Source: Emiliania huxleyi CCMP1516 (taxonomy: Eukaryota). Taken from it: 64,000 nucleotides of DNA. The notes below the pieces were generated by a model. That model was not told the DNA's origin and did no database searches. It worked only from the letters and a program-made list of their open reading frames with translations. Shown piece after piece: positions 1 through 11,369 of this stretch. The DNA is taken from positions 124,001 through 188,000 of the forward strand of contig NW_005201984.1 in NCBI RefSeq assembly GCF_000372725.1, written 5' to 3'. A program made the position numbers and the translations under genes. Positions within the stretch are counted from its first letter, which is position 1, and each line of letters opens with the position of its first letter.

Positions 1-360
1 GCCGCGCTTGCGCAGGTGGCCGCGGCAGTGCGGGTGCAGCCGGTACTCGGGGCCCAGCAGCCGCGTGAGGGTCGCGACGAGGTGAGGAGACTCGAGGAAG
101 GCTGGCCCACGAAGCGCAGGAGCGGCGTGCAGCAGGTTGTTGCCCGCTGCGTCGCCGTCGAGCTGCCGCAAGCCGTAAGGGTCCCTCCGCCCGGCGCGTG
201 CATCCTCCGGCCCGCCAGCCTCCTGCACGCCGCAACGGTGGATCTGCGCCGCAATCTCTGCGTGTGCGGCAGGCGGCACTGCGGTCGAGGGCGGCAGCTG
301 CACAAAGCCGGAGACGACAAAGCGCTGGACGGCCTCGTCCGAGCAGAGGCCATTAGCCAT
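1..360 (-). CDS. Phytanoyl-CoA dioxygenase (PhyH)-like protein, 5' part (runs off window start)
   Basis: Not in the ORF track. Manual translation from ATG at 360: MANGLCSDEAVQRFVVSGFVQL...GNNLLHAAPALRG...LESPHLVATLTRLLGPEYRLHPHCRGH, which resembles the N-terminus of PhyH-family 2OG-Fe(II) oxygenases. The frame is open to position 1. Confidence 0.6.
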   Translation of the reverse strand, partial: MANGLCSDEAVQRFVVSGFVQLPPSTAVPPAAHAEIAAQIHRCGVQEAGGPEDARAGRRDPYGLRQLDGDAAGNNLLHAAPALRGPAFLESPHLVATLTRLLGPEYRLHPHCRGHLRKRG

Positions 361-621
361 TTACGAGCGCGAGCCAACTCCCTCGCACAACACTGGGCAC
401 CGGACTGGCGCGCATGGCACTAACGTCAAAAGAATTTACAAACGCCTCGCTGTCACCAGACCAGGGGACTTCCAAATCCTGGGCAGCACGGACTTCCAAA
501 ATCCTGCTCGTCAGGAGGGGGCCCTGTCCTCCTCCCATCCCTCGTTGGTGCGCTGAGTACAACGCTCTTTCTCTTTTGCTCTTTTGGGATCGGGACTGGA
601 ATTTGGGCTTGGCCTGCTGCC

Positions 622-744
<123 letters not shown>

Positions 745-1066
745 CTGTGCTGTGCTGTGTGCCCGTACACGAGAGAGAACGTACACGACACTCAAAAGGT
801 GTCGGGAGGGTCAGGTCAGCGCCGCCTTTGCAAACGGCACCTTGAGGCACAAGTCGACGAGCCGCTGCATCTGCTCGTCCTCGCCTGCCAAACGACAGCG
901 AGCGAGTCACGAGGGGGAGGAGGGGCGGTGGGCGAGGGCGCGGCGGGGGCGCCCGAAGCTGCCCCCGTCCCACCAGGCGCGCCCGAGGCTGCGTTTCCGT
1001 TCATCCCCGTGCGCTCGACGACGGCCGCGGCGTCGGAGGCCACGAAGAGCAGCGGCGGCGGCTCGC

Positions 1067-1840
1067 CTACGGGTTCGCGTCCCGCCGTCGACCACCCGCC
1101 CCGACCGCCGTCGCGAGGAGCGGTGGCGAAGGCTCGCCGCGCCGCCCCTTGGCCTCCTGCTCCACAAGCTCCGCCAGCCGCAGCGCGCGGTAGTCGGGCT
1201 TGGCGGGCGCCCCCTCCGCCTGCGCCAGCGTCGCCTGCAAGTCCGCCAGCCTGAAAAAGTAGGGCCGCTGCGCCTCGCTCGCGCCGTCAGGCTGGATGAG
1301 CAGCGACGGCTCCCAGTAGAGCGGCACGGTGCCGTCGGCCGGCGCGCCCGCCTTGCCAAGCACCTGGCGCACCGCCGCCCGCTCGTCGGAGATGGGCTCG
1401 AGCTGGAACAGCCTCAGGTCGGTCGACGTGCCCGCCTTGGGCTGTGGCGCCGCCGAGAGCATGCGCGCCGCCTCGGCGCTCGAGTGCGGCAGCTCGTCCC
1501 AAATGCCGCCCAGCGGGAGGATGGAGAGCGAGGCGCGTGCATCGAAGGCGCGCACGTTCTCGAGCTGCTCGAGCGCCTCCTTCGGTGAGAGGTAAAAGGA
1601 CCCGGTGCGTCGGCCAGCACTGTCGCTGCCGGTGAGGTACGGTGCGCCTTTGGAGTTGGTGATCGCAAAGACGGGCACGTCCGACAGCAGCTGACGGGCC
1701 GAGAGCTGGCCGCCGGCCGCCAGTGCGCTGCTGCGCGGCAGAGCAAAGGCGGCCGCGGCGGTGGCTGCAGCGCCGGCGGAGTGCTGAAGCACAGCCCGGC
1801 GCGTCGTGGCGGCAGTGGCGACGCAGAGTAAGTGCAGCAT
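1067..1840 (-). CDS. Tic22-like plastid protein
   Basis: Single exon. LSDVPVFAITNSKGAPYL..FYLSPKEA..VPLYW..PYFFRLADL matches the Tic22 family pattern. An N-terminal targeting-like sequence follows the ATG at 1840. Confidence 0.75.
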   Translation of the reverse strand: MLHLLCVATAATTRRAVLQHSAGAAATAAAAFALPRSSALAAGGQLSARQLLSDVPVFAITNSKGAPYLTGSDSAGRRTGSFYLSPKEALEQLENVRAFDARASLSILPLGGIWDELPHSSAEAARMLSAAPQPKAGTSTDLRLFQLEPISDERAAVRQVLGKAGAPADGTVPLYWEPSLLIQPDGASEAQRPYFFRLADLQATLAQAEGAPAKPDYRALRLAELVEQEAKGRRGEPSPPLLATAVGAGGRRRDANP

Positions 1841-2084
1841 GGGGTTGCCGGCGAGTCGCACGCAGTCTCAGCAGGGATCGCCCTTCGCTTTTCACAGCTA
1901 GGCACGGCCTCAGCACTTAGCACTAAAGGATTCTCTGTGAGCTCTGCGTGTTGACCGCGCCGCCTCACCGGCCCAAGTGGCGCAGGGCGAGGCGGCGAGA
2001 ACCGAGCGAGCACGTCCTCGTGAGCCCCCGTGGCTCCAACCGGGCCCTTCCTTTTTTGAGCAGGTGTGACGCCGCGCGAGCGAC

Positions 2085-2225
2085 GCTCCGAGATCGCCCG
2101 AGATAGCGCGGCGCGGCGGTGGGTGAGGTGGGGTGGGGTGGAGTGGCGTGGCGTGGAGCACCGGGATTGCGCGAGATTGCGCGAGATCGCCCGAGATCGC
2201 GCGGCCCGAGATCGCGCGGCGCGAC
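2085..2225. repeat. Degenerate 10-11 bp tandem repeat (CGAGATCGCC/CGAGATTGCG)
   Basis: Multiple CGAGAT-containing units are visible. Confidence 0.7.
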
Positions 2226-2558
2226 CCGGCCGGGGCGGGGTGGATGGGTTGGGAGCGAGGGGGCGGAAGTGTTCAGTGCGGTAGATGGTGAGCTCGGGGC
2301 GCGTGAGCCGGACTTATGAGCCGGACCACCCCCTCTTGTTCCCTGCGTTGTTGAGCCAGGACTCAACATACCCGGGCTTTCAATCCCGCACTGTCACTCC
2401 CCTTTCTCCCGGCCGGGGTGGGGCGCGCGCGGGTGGCGGCGGGTGTGCGGGATGTCTGTGGGCCCGAGAGTGATATGCCATGTGCGCCTTGCTTTGTTTC
2501 CTAACATCGAAGGCTAAGCTCAAAAAGAAAAGGTAGTCGCGTATAGCGAGCCCCAACC

Positions 2559-3752
2559 CAGGGTGCCTAACCATGAATACAAGGCGATTTGAAGATTTGT
2601 TTTATCGTTTTTCACTGCGCCCTTCGCTGTTCATTTGCGAGAGATTCTCCCGCCATTCTCTCGCCATTCTTCCTCCGTTCAGGCGTAATTCATCCGCTTT
2701 TCAAATACATTTTGTGGCGCTTTCAAGAGATTTTTTATCGCACATTTAGTGCTCTTCATGGCAGTTTAAGGCAAGCGTGCCTTATCCTGGCTGGGTCCGG
2801 CGTGGTCGGGAGCCCTCGACTCCTCGGCGAGCTCTTTCCTGCCTCAATGACATTGCAACAATGAACGCGTCTTACTTAGCCCTTAGCTGTCTAGAGCACG
2901 TCTTGCTACTATGCACCACAACAAAACGGGATCGTGAATTCTCTTCCGCGGTTCGTGCCCATACGGTTTCGCGCGCATGCCACGGGTGAATTCTTCTTCC
3001 GCGTTTCGTGGCCATAGGCTCGCGGGGCGAGGAGACACATGGCCGGGAATGAGCCCTTGCTCATCGCGTGCAGGCAGGGTCCCACCGTCTCGGTGAACCT
3101 GCAGGTGCCAGTCGGCACCAAGGCGAGCGGCCTGCAACAGCTGCTGGCCGCGGCCAATGGCGTTGACGTCTCGAATGACGTCACGATCAAGGTGAAGACC
3201 GGGACGACCGGTCTCTCCTGCTTCAAGAACCTCGGCCAACTTCTCGCGCGCGAAGACCCGCCAGTGGCCGCACACTGGCAGATTGACATTCAGGGAGCAG
3301 AAGACCGTCGAGGAGCTCCCGGCCAAGACGCTGGTCCCCATCTTCAGCCACAACCGAGCGGAGCGGCTTGGCGAGATCGAGCTGGACCCCGCGATGTCAC
3401 TCAAGGAGGTTCTGATGGCGGTGCGGGTGCTTAGCAGCAGGCAGCAGTGTTCCTGCCCACCTGCCCATAAATTGGCTTGAAGGGGCTTGAATTTAGCGTC
3501 GGTGCGGTAACTTCAAGGCAAACCGTGTCGCCAAACATGCGGTTAAACGTTGTGTAAATGTGTCTTTAATGGCGGCTGAAAGGCGGGGGAAGAGCGGGTG
3601 AAGGGCGGGCGAAAGGAGGGAAAATGACGGCCGAATCGCTCACGAATCAACGTAAGAAGACATTCGAATAAGCGGTAAGATCGGCGCTAAACAGGCGATA
3701 AACGCGTTTTAAATTTATTTCTAGGGCGGTAAATTCACGCCTAGGCATCCCT
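2559..3752. mobile_element. Non-autonomous hAT-like TIR element (about 1.2 kb) carrying a GC-rich coding-like fragment
   Basis: Imperfect TIRs CAGGGTGCCTAACCATGAAT and ATTCACGCCTAGGCATCCCT. Flanks CCCCAACC / CCCCAACT form an 8-bp TSD with one mismatch. Subterminal regions are AT-rich. Confidence 0.55.
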
Positions 3753-3764
3753 CCCCAACTCGAA

Positions 3765-5147
3765 ATGCTCGCGGCTGACACGTCCGCCGCCGCGGCTCCC
3801 ATCAACTCGTCGGGCAAGGCCATGTTTGTGCGCGACGCCTCAGGCGAGCTGATCATTGTCAAGCCTGGCGAGAAGCTTCCGGTGCTGCCGCCCGAGCCCG
3901 AGGCGCCGTCGCCAGACGACGCTGCCGCTGCCGCGTGCTCGAGCGGCGAGCCGGAGCCTAGCGCAGCCGGCTCCAGGCGCGCCGCCGAGGGCGGTGCCGC
4001 GCCGCCTAGCACGCTCCTCGCCGCAGCGCGCGCGGGGGACGGGCCCGCGGTCGCAGCTGCACTGGAGGCGGACGCGGGCGCGGCGGCCGAGACGGACAAG
4101 CTTTCCCGCACGCCGCTGCACCTCGCGGCGTGGGCGGGCCACGTCTCGATCGTCGGCCTGCTCTGTGACGCCGGCGCTGACGTCTCTGCGCTCGCTGTCG
4201 ATGGCGTGATGCCTCTCCACTTTGCGGCGCAGAACGGGCACGAGGCGGTGTGCAAGGAGCTGATCAAGCGTGGCGCGAGGGTCAACGCCCGCGACTCGAA
4301 GCGGCAGGCGACGGCCCTCCACCTGGCGGCCGCCAAGGGGCACCGCGACCTGATCGCCTACCTGCTCAACAAGAATGCAGACCCGGCCGCGCGCAACGCA
4401 AAGGGCCGGACGGCCGCCGATCTGACCGAGAACGCCGCGATCAGGGAGCTGCTCGCGAGCCGCGGAAAGGGCGCGCCCGGGGGCGTGGGGGCGGCGCCGG
4501 CGCCGGCGGAGGAGCGCGCAGAGGCGGCAGAGGCGGACGGCGGCGAGGCGGACGCCATCGAAGTGAGTGTGTCGCAGAGAGACATCGGGGCGGTCATCGG
4601 CAAGGGCGGCGCGACGGTCAAGCGCATCCAGGCGGCGACCGGCACGCGGCTCGACGTGCTCAAGCCGGCCGCGGCGGCGGCGGCGGCCACGGGCCCGCTG
4701 GGCGCGGAGGCGGAGGCGGAGGCGGAGGAGGCGGGTACGCCGACCGTGCCGGCCGGCGAGGCCGGCGACGCGCCGCAGCGGGGCGGCGGCGGGGAGGTGC
4801 GGACCGTCCGCATCTCCGGCGGCAGCGGCAGCGCGGAGCGCGAGCGGGCGCGCGCGATGGTCAGCGACGCTGTGGAGCAGGCGCGCCAGCGGGCGCGCGA
4901 GTCTGCCGCCGCACGCGACGGCCGCGGCGGCTCGGCGGCAGGCCGAGGCCTGCCGGGCCTGTTTGGGCCGGTGGGCGGCACGAGGAAGGCGCCGCGCGCG
5001 CCGGCGGCGCCCATCAGCGCGCAGGGCGGCGCCTGCTCCGTCTCGGAGGAGCCACAGCCCGCAGCCGCGGGCGAGGCGGGAGAGCGCAAGGCGAAGAAGC
5101 CAAAGCCGAGCAAGCCGGTCCTCTCGTTTGGCGACGAGGAGGAGTAG
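3765..5147 (+). CDS. Ankyrin-repeat protein with a single KH domain
   Basis: Three to four ankyrin repeats (TPLHLAAWAGH, MPLHFAAQNGH, TALHLAAAKGH) and a KH GxxG loop IGAVIGKGGATVKRIQ. 460-aa ORF. Confidence 0.85.
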   Translation: MLAADTSAAAAPINSSGKAMFVRDASGELIIVKPGEKLPVLPPEPEAPSPDDAAAAACSSGEPEPSAAGSRRAAEGGAAPPSTLLAAARAGDGPAVAAALEADAGAAAETDKLSRTPLHLAAWAGHVSIVGLLCDAGADVSALAVDGVMPLHFAAQNGHEAVCKELIKRGARVNARDSKRQATALHLAAAKGHRDLIAYLLNKNADPAARNAKGRTAADLTENAAIRELLASRGKGAPGGVGAAPAPAEERAEAAEADGGEADAIEVSVSQRDIGAVIGKGGATVKRIQAATGTRLDVLKPAAAAAAATGPLGAEAEAEAEEAGTPTVPAGEAGDAPQRGGGGEVRTVRISGGSGSAERERARAMVSDAVEQARQRARESAAARDGRGGSAAGRGLPGLFGPVGGTRKAPRAPAAPISAQGGACSVSEEPQPAAAGEAGERKAKKPKPSKPVLSFGDEEE

Positions 5148-5274
5148 TTGCGCCGGACCTTGGGGAGTGGGAGCACTCAGTACATACAACTTTGGCTATC
5201 TTTTCTGCACAACTGGACTCCGTAAAGCGGAGGCGGGCAGCTAAGTGCCTTGGCACGCTGGAGTCCTTCGCCTT

Positions 5275-5655
5275 TAGAGCTGTCAAACGTTAAGAGCTGA
5301 ACAGTGTTGCTAGTGTTAACAGTAACAACAGAACAACAGTTTTGGGCTCCCCAACAACAGTAGCTAACGTTAGGCCGGCTGAACAACAATAAGGAAGGCC
5401 TGGCAGTGACCCACGACGATCTCCAGCGTCCAGTGCGGGTAATACCCGAAAATACCTGGAAAATCCCAGGTATTTTCGGGTTTTACCCGGGTTTTTTGCC
5501 GTTTTCTGCTTGCTGGCCGCTGAGAACAACAGTAACAACAGTAACAAACAGTAACAGCATGGGCTGGGATGAACACTTGAACAACGTTAAGGATTTCAGC
5601 CAACAATAGTGCAACTGTTAGGCCCAAAGTTAACGTTTGACAGCTGTCAGCTCTA
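5275..5655. mobile_element. hAT-type MITE (381 bp)
   Basis: Left TIR TAGAGCTGTCAAACGTTAA. Right TIR TTAACGTTTGACAGCT(GTCAGCT)CTA. Perfect 8-bp TSD TTCGCCTT at 5267-5274 and 5656-5663. Internal AACAGT/AACAAC repeats and a 15-bp hairpin CCCGAAAATACCTGG..CCAGGTATTTTCGGG. Confidence 0.9.
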
Positions 5656-5821
5656 TTCGCCTTCCGCTTAAAAAAGAGCGGATCCCAGAAAGATCAAAGA
5701 ACGATTTAACTGAAAACAACTCCTCTCAGCTCTCACAGGCTCGACACAGGTGCGGAAGACTGGCGCGTCCTATAAATAATAAGAAAGAAAACAAAACTCA
5801 AATGTCAAAACGAGGCGCAAG

Positions 5822-5855
5822 GGAGGTGGATGGATGGGAGGACGGCACGCCGCCA
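5822..5855 (-). mobile_element. Micro-insertion of short retroposon family A (internal fragment)
   Basis: GGAGG..GATGGGAGGACGGCACGCCGCCA is flanked by the 9-bp direct repeat AGGCGCAAG at 5813-5821 and 5856-5864. Confidence 0.7.
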
Positions 5856-6050
5856 AGGCGCAAGATATTTTAGTGCCATTGTAGCTCGATCGGTCACACC
5901 GCCATCACCGCCGACGTCTCCCAGTGAGACGACGGAGAGGGGAGACGGCAACAGGACGACTCACACAGACTGCTTCATTCAGGGGCCATGGTTTTTCTCA
6001 TGTGGACACGGTGGCGCGTACAAGCAGTGAAGCCAGCAGCCGCCGACATA

Positions 6051-7971
6051 ATGTTGTCGCTGGCTTTCGTCGTACTCGCGAGCGGCGGCGCTCCGATCGG
6101 GAGGGCCCGCTCCCGCCTTCACCACCTCCGCGGTGGTGGCCCTGATGGCGGCGCTGGTCTCGCTTCGGGCGTGCCGGAGCCGCCAGACGGGGCAGTCAGC
6201 GGCGCAACGACCGACAGCGGGCCCGACTCGCTGGAGCTGGGCGCGGTGGCGGCGAGTACGGCGCTGGCCGGCTCCGGCGGCACAGTCGAGCGCGGGCCGG
6301 CCGTTGAGCTCTCTCGCGCTGCCGCGCCGCCTGTGCCTCCGAGCCGTGGCTTTCCAGTCGCGTTGCGGCCGAGTCAGGTGCTTGCACGTGAGTCGGAGGA
6401 GCAGAGCCGCGAGGCGCTCGCGGACGCGTCCTTTCTGGCGAGTGGCGGCGGCGGCGGCGGCGGCGGCTACGGCCATGCCGCCGCCACCGGCGTGTCGATG
6501 GCGTTTCACGACGCCGAGACGCGCCGCAGACGGAGCAAGCCGCGCGCTGCGGCCGCTGCGCCGGCGGCAGCGCCCTCGGCGCTGCGGGGAAAGGGGAGGC
6601 CCGCGGCGGCTGCGGCGCAGGCGGAGCCTCATCGACCTCGCGAGCCGCGGCCGCCTCCGGGCGGGGTGGCGCGAGCGGCGGCGCCGGCGGCGGCGGAGAG
6701 GGCGAGGGCGGCGGCGCTGGAAAAGGCGCAGACGCAGGCGGCGGGGGAGGCGGTGGAGGAGGCGGCGACGCGGAAGGAAGGGGCGGCGCGTCGGGCAGCG
6801 ACGCCGGAGGCCGTCAGCACGGGTGCGACAGGGAGCGGCGACGCCTCCGCGGCGGCGGACGCGGACATGCTAGCCGAGGCTCAGCTGTCTGCGGGCGGCA
6901 GCCGGCGTCCGAGCCGTGGCCGCTCGACGCCGTCTGCCGTGTGAGTAGGTTGCGACGCTGCGGGCGTCGGCCAAGGAGAGCGCGCAGGGCGGGCAGTGGC
7001 GCGAGGCGGGCAAGTTGTACGCGCAGGCGTCCCAGAAGGGCCCCCTTCCCCCCCCCCCCCCCACCCCCGCCCCGGCCATGCCCCGTCCCCGTCCAAGACT
7101 AGTCCACGACCTGTCCACGCCCTGTCATACCCTCGGACACGAGTCGGAGACGTCTTCTCCAGGCGTGCGAGCTGCTGCTGGTCCTCTGGAGCGGCGGCGA
7201 CGCGACGGAGAGCGAGCGGCGCGTCTCGTCCGAGCTGCAGCGCGGCCGGCTCTCCCTCGCCCTCTGCCTCTCGAAGCAGCGTCGCTGGCGCGAGGCGGTG
7301 GACACGTGCACCGCCGTGATCGGCGCAAACGTGCGGTGCGGCACCGCCTGGTTCCGGCGCGGCCAGGCGCTGCACGCACTCGGCGAGGCGGAGGCGGCGG
7401 TGTGGGACCTGCAGCGCGCGGCCAAGCTTCTGCCTGGCAACAAGCAGGTCGCGCGTGCGCTCTCGCGCGCGGAGGCGGCGAGCGCGGCGACCAAGCCCGC
7501 GTCGCCACTCTCCGCATTCGGCGGGCTCGGCGGCGTTGGCGCGCCCACCCTCGGCATGGGCGGCGCCCCGGCGGGCGGACTGCTCGGCGGGCTGATGGGC
7601 GGGATGGGCGGGCCTCGGGGGGCGGGCGGCGGCGGCGACGAAGGCGGGCTCGAGGCGCTTCTCGACTCGCCTCTCCTCGCCGGCCTTGGCGGCGGCGGCG
7701 CGTCGGGCCTGATAGGCTTCGCCAAGACGGCGCTCGCATACCGGCGGCGCGCGAAGCTGCTCTGGCGGAGCCTCAAGCCGTACCTGCCGCTGCTCTTTTA
7801 CGCGGTCGCCCCCCGCCGCCCGCGCTCGCCCTCTCCACTCCGCGAGGGAGGTGGTCACGGCGCGGGAGCTGCGAGTAGGTGGTGCTGCTGCCCACGCTGC
7901 TCGCCCTGTGGCAGGGAACCATCAAGCTCCCCCTCGCCGTCTGGCCACGCGTGTCGCTCGGCGAGCAGTGA
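6051..7971 (+). CDS. TPR-domain protein with N-terminal signal-like peptide and C-terminal transmembrane segment (4 exons)
   Basis: N-terminus MLSLAFVVLASGG..LRGG. Spliced TPR motifs WREAGKLYAQA|ACELLL..RLSLALCLSKQRRWREAVDTCTAVI..AWFRRGQALHALGE..DLQRAAKLLPGNKQV. Hydrophobic end YLPLLFYA|VVLLPTLLALW. Two GC-AG introns and one GT-AG intron. Confidence 0.75.
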
Positions 7972-8286
7972 AGGCGGCGCGCACTCGCCGGCAGAGGCAG
8001 GAGGTAGACTTGCACTCGCGCCTGGGCGTGGTTGCAATCGCCGCAAAATTGCACGGCATCTGCGCCCTTTGTCGCTGCCGCCCCCCTCGCGTTTGAGAGA
8101 CCGTCACACAAACCCGGTTTGTCATAAAAAATTGTCTGCGTCGCGGCGCGCAGTTTTTTTCTTTTCCACATTGCGAGATCCGTCTCTTGACACTCTACTG
8201 ACGTAATCGGACTTCGAAACGACAAGGCTCAAGGGGGTGCTCCCAGCCGATTAAATTTTGTGACCAAAAGCCAAAACCAAGAGAAG

Positions 8287-10612
8287 TCGGCCCGGAGGGC
8301 GGGGGCGCAGGTAGAGGTAGGGCTGGCCTGGGGGGCCTCAGGTAAAGGTAAACCTGTCTCAGACCGCCGGAGGTAGAGGTAAACGGAGCCCAGGTGAGGG
8401 CAGGTAAACGTACATGTGCATGTGCGCCCGTGAACGCACATGCACATGTGCATGAACGCCCGTGAACGCGCCCGCCGAGGACCGACGGTCGACGGAGGCC
8501 CCGCGAGAGCGCTTCGCCTGCGGCGCGCCTGCCCGGCCATGGACCAGGCTTCACCGCCGCTTGCTGACGGCTGATCGCATCGCCTACCGCATCGCGAATG
8601 ACCAGTGCCGCGACCACTTGGACCTTGCACTGCCTGCCTGCTGACCCGGTGCAAAGAATCTGCGTCTCAGCTCTTCGGCGCATTGATTGTGCATGATTGC
8701 TCAAGTGGCTCGAATTGGCAATCCACCGCAATGCGAACATGGATGGAGAGCATATGCAACACGGACGCAGGCTTGCCGTTGGCGACGTCGGTTATCAGAG
8801 GGGTCAGGTCATAGTGACGTGCTCGATGGGATGCTGCATTGACGCAGACAGCAAAAGCACCGCAGCGGAGACCTTCTCAGGAGTGGCGGCTCGCACCATG
8901 CGGCAGTGCGGACACCAGGTGCGTGAATCTAAGAGCCATTTTCGATTACGTGGTTTTGGCACTGTCTACCAACTTTGGTACAAATCGACCTGGTCTGGGC
9001 ACAGCTGAGCCCGGCGCTGCCTCCATTCTGAAAGTGTATAGAAGGGAAGGCAGCATGTCAGGCTGCGAGCTCTGCTGTGCGCCGAAGAGCGGTATGGCGC
9101 CGAGGAGGCCTTTTTCCTAGAAAAGGCTGTCGACATCCAAAATTTTCCTCGCTGCGCGCCCAATCATGGTGGGCACGCAGCGCGGGGCGCCTGCGGCGCC
9201 CATTTTTTGAAATGTCTGCCACTCACATAAGCGGCTCTCAGAAATACTCGTGCGGCTGCGCATTTTATGTTCCCTTCTCGGCGAGTGAAAATCGCAGATT
9301 GGCCGACTACACGGTAAGGCATACGGACCTTGCAGAAAACCTTTTCCTTCTAAGCAGGGCTACACAATGACCCTATAGTGTGTGGGTGTTCCTGGCGAGT
9401 TGTGATGAGTAGAATTAGACTAGCCAATACTATTTTGAAGTTCATATATGAAAATACCAACTTGCCTATGTGCACGTCTCCGCCGCGGCGGCCCGGAGGC
9501 GGCCCGGCGGAGCGGTCAGAGCAGCACTGCGCGGGCCGGCGATCGACTCTCGACTATAGTACGGGCTCTATTGAATGGCCTCAAGGTGCTCTCTAGGGCT
9601 GCCCTATTCCGCTCGCCCGGCTACGTCGCCGGGCTTCGAAGGAAAAGGTTTCGCTCGGCACGGCGTCGGAGAGCAAACTTCGACGTTCGTCCTATTTGTG
9701 GAAGCTGGACGCACGTAGGCAAGTGGCCCATGACCAGGCGGGCTGCTGCTCAGAATCTGGGCCGTCGGCGCTCGCTCTCGCGCTCTTCATAACGGCGTTG
9801 CCCCCTCCCTCCCGCGCCGACGTTGGGCAGCCCGACCACGACAACGTCAGCGCCGCTGGCCTGCAACTCGAGGCGCCTTTGAATGAGCACGAGCCGGTGC
9901 GCGGCGGCGGCGCGGGTGATGCAGCCCAAGGTGACGGCGACGGCAGAGGGGGCGGCGCTGGCGGCGGAGGAGGCGGCAGCGGCGGCGATGGCCGCGGGGC
10001 CGGCCCGCCCGCCTTTGCTGCTGGTGCTGTGGGCATCATCACAGCTCAGCGGCGGTGTGCGACCAGGGCCAGTGGTAGACTTTCGACGCGGTGAGGCTGC
10101 TCTCTGAGCAATGACACTAGCAAGAGCATCATGTGTGTCATCGGAGTCACTTGTATTACGATACCACCACGCCGCCACGCTCGCAAGGGCCGCCTAAGCG
10201 CCTAAGCACCCTAAGCACCCCCCCGCTTAGGCCGCTTAGGCGCTTAGGCGAGTGACGGCCGGCTGCCCGGGGCCTGGCGTGCCTCCGCCGTGGGCTGAGC
10301 GCCCGGGAGAGCCACTCTGCAAGTGGTGTGCGAGCGTGTAGCCTTTAGCGTGCAGTCGGCCATTATGTTGTATCGATAGATCTCAACATCTCGAGATCAC
10401 TCGAGACCACGCGTCGAGAGAGATCTACACTCGCCTCTCGCGAGAGAGATCCTCGAGGCGAGATCACGCACAGGTTAATCACGGCTACGTCGCTCAGAGG
10501 TAGAGGGGCCCACGGCTGCCCAGAGGTAAAGCTAAGGTAAGAGGGCCGCAGGCCCTCAGAGGTAGAGGTAACCTAGACCCCTCCTACCCGGCCCTCCGCC
10601 CCTCCGGGCCGA
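8287..10612. mobile_element. Non-autonomous TIR element (about 2.3 kb), superfamily unassigned
   Basis: TIRs TCGGCCCGGAGGG.. and ..CCCTCCGGGCCGA are flanked by GAGAAG at 8281-8286 and 10613-10618. AGGTAGAGGTA/AGGTAAAGGTA subterminal repeats occur at both ends. No transposase was recognised. Confidence 0.7.
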
Positions 10613-10858
10613 GAGAAGAACCAGAGTGGCAGAGACTCCCCCCCCCACCGTGTGGCACCGCACCCCGCTCTGTCCTCTGAGCCTCTGTGACCAGGCAGAC
10701 TCCAGACAGACCGACGCAGCCCGCGAGATACTGTTTTGCTGAGATTGTGAGAACGGCCGGAGGCCTGGGAGGGAGGCCTCTCTCTCCAATGCTCGCGCAA
10801 CGCTGTCGCTGCACGCGCATTTTACAGGCATTTTATCACATGACTGGCAAAAGAAAGT

Positions 10859-10958
10859 NNNNNNNNNNNNNNNNNNNNNNNNNNNNNNNNNNNNNNNNNN
10901 NNNNNNNNNNNNNNNNNNNNNNNNNNNNNNNNNNNNNNNNNNNNNNNNNNNNNNNNNN
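10859..10958. other. Assembly gap (100 N)
   Basis: N run. Confidence 1.
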
Positions 10959-11276
10959 AAAAGAAGGAGAACACGAAAAGGAAAGAGGGGAGGAAAACAG
11001 ATAAGATAGAAGGGCGAAACAAAGGACGAAAAACTAAGAGAGAATAGAGGGAAGAAAACAATAGGAGAAGGGAGGCGAAAACTAGGGAGAGGAACGAGGG
11101 GACGAGAGAAAAAAAAAAAAAGAGAGAGAGAAAAGAAAAGCACCCCCACCCCCACCCACCCAAGAGAGCGCGAGAGACGACTCCGGGACCCTTGAGACGA
11201 CCGCAGGACCGCAGCGAGAGACGTTGATCGTCGATCACCAAATCAGACCTGCACTTGGAGTGCAGTTGGCAGCCTC

Positions 11277-11369
11277 AAAGAAAGAAAGAAAGAAAACAGG
11301 CACCCCAAGGGAGGGATGGGAGGACGGCACGCCGCCACCACACAGGGATTTTAAGGAGAGGAGTGTGGT
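11277..11369 (-). mobile_element. Short retroposon family A, longest form (about 93 bp)
   Basis: Reverse complement reads ACCACACTCCTCTCCTTAAAATCCCTGTGTGGTGGCGGCGTGCCGTCCTCCCATCCCTCCCTTGGG..(TTTC)n, nearly identical to 40651-40745. Confidence 0.8.
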
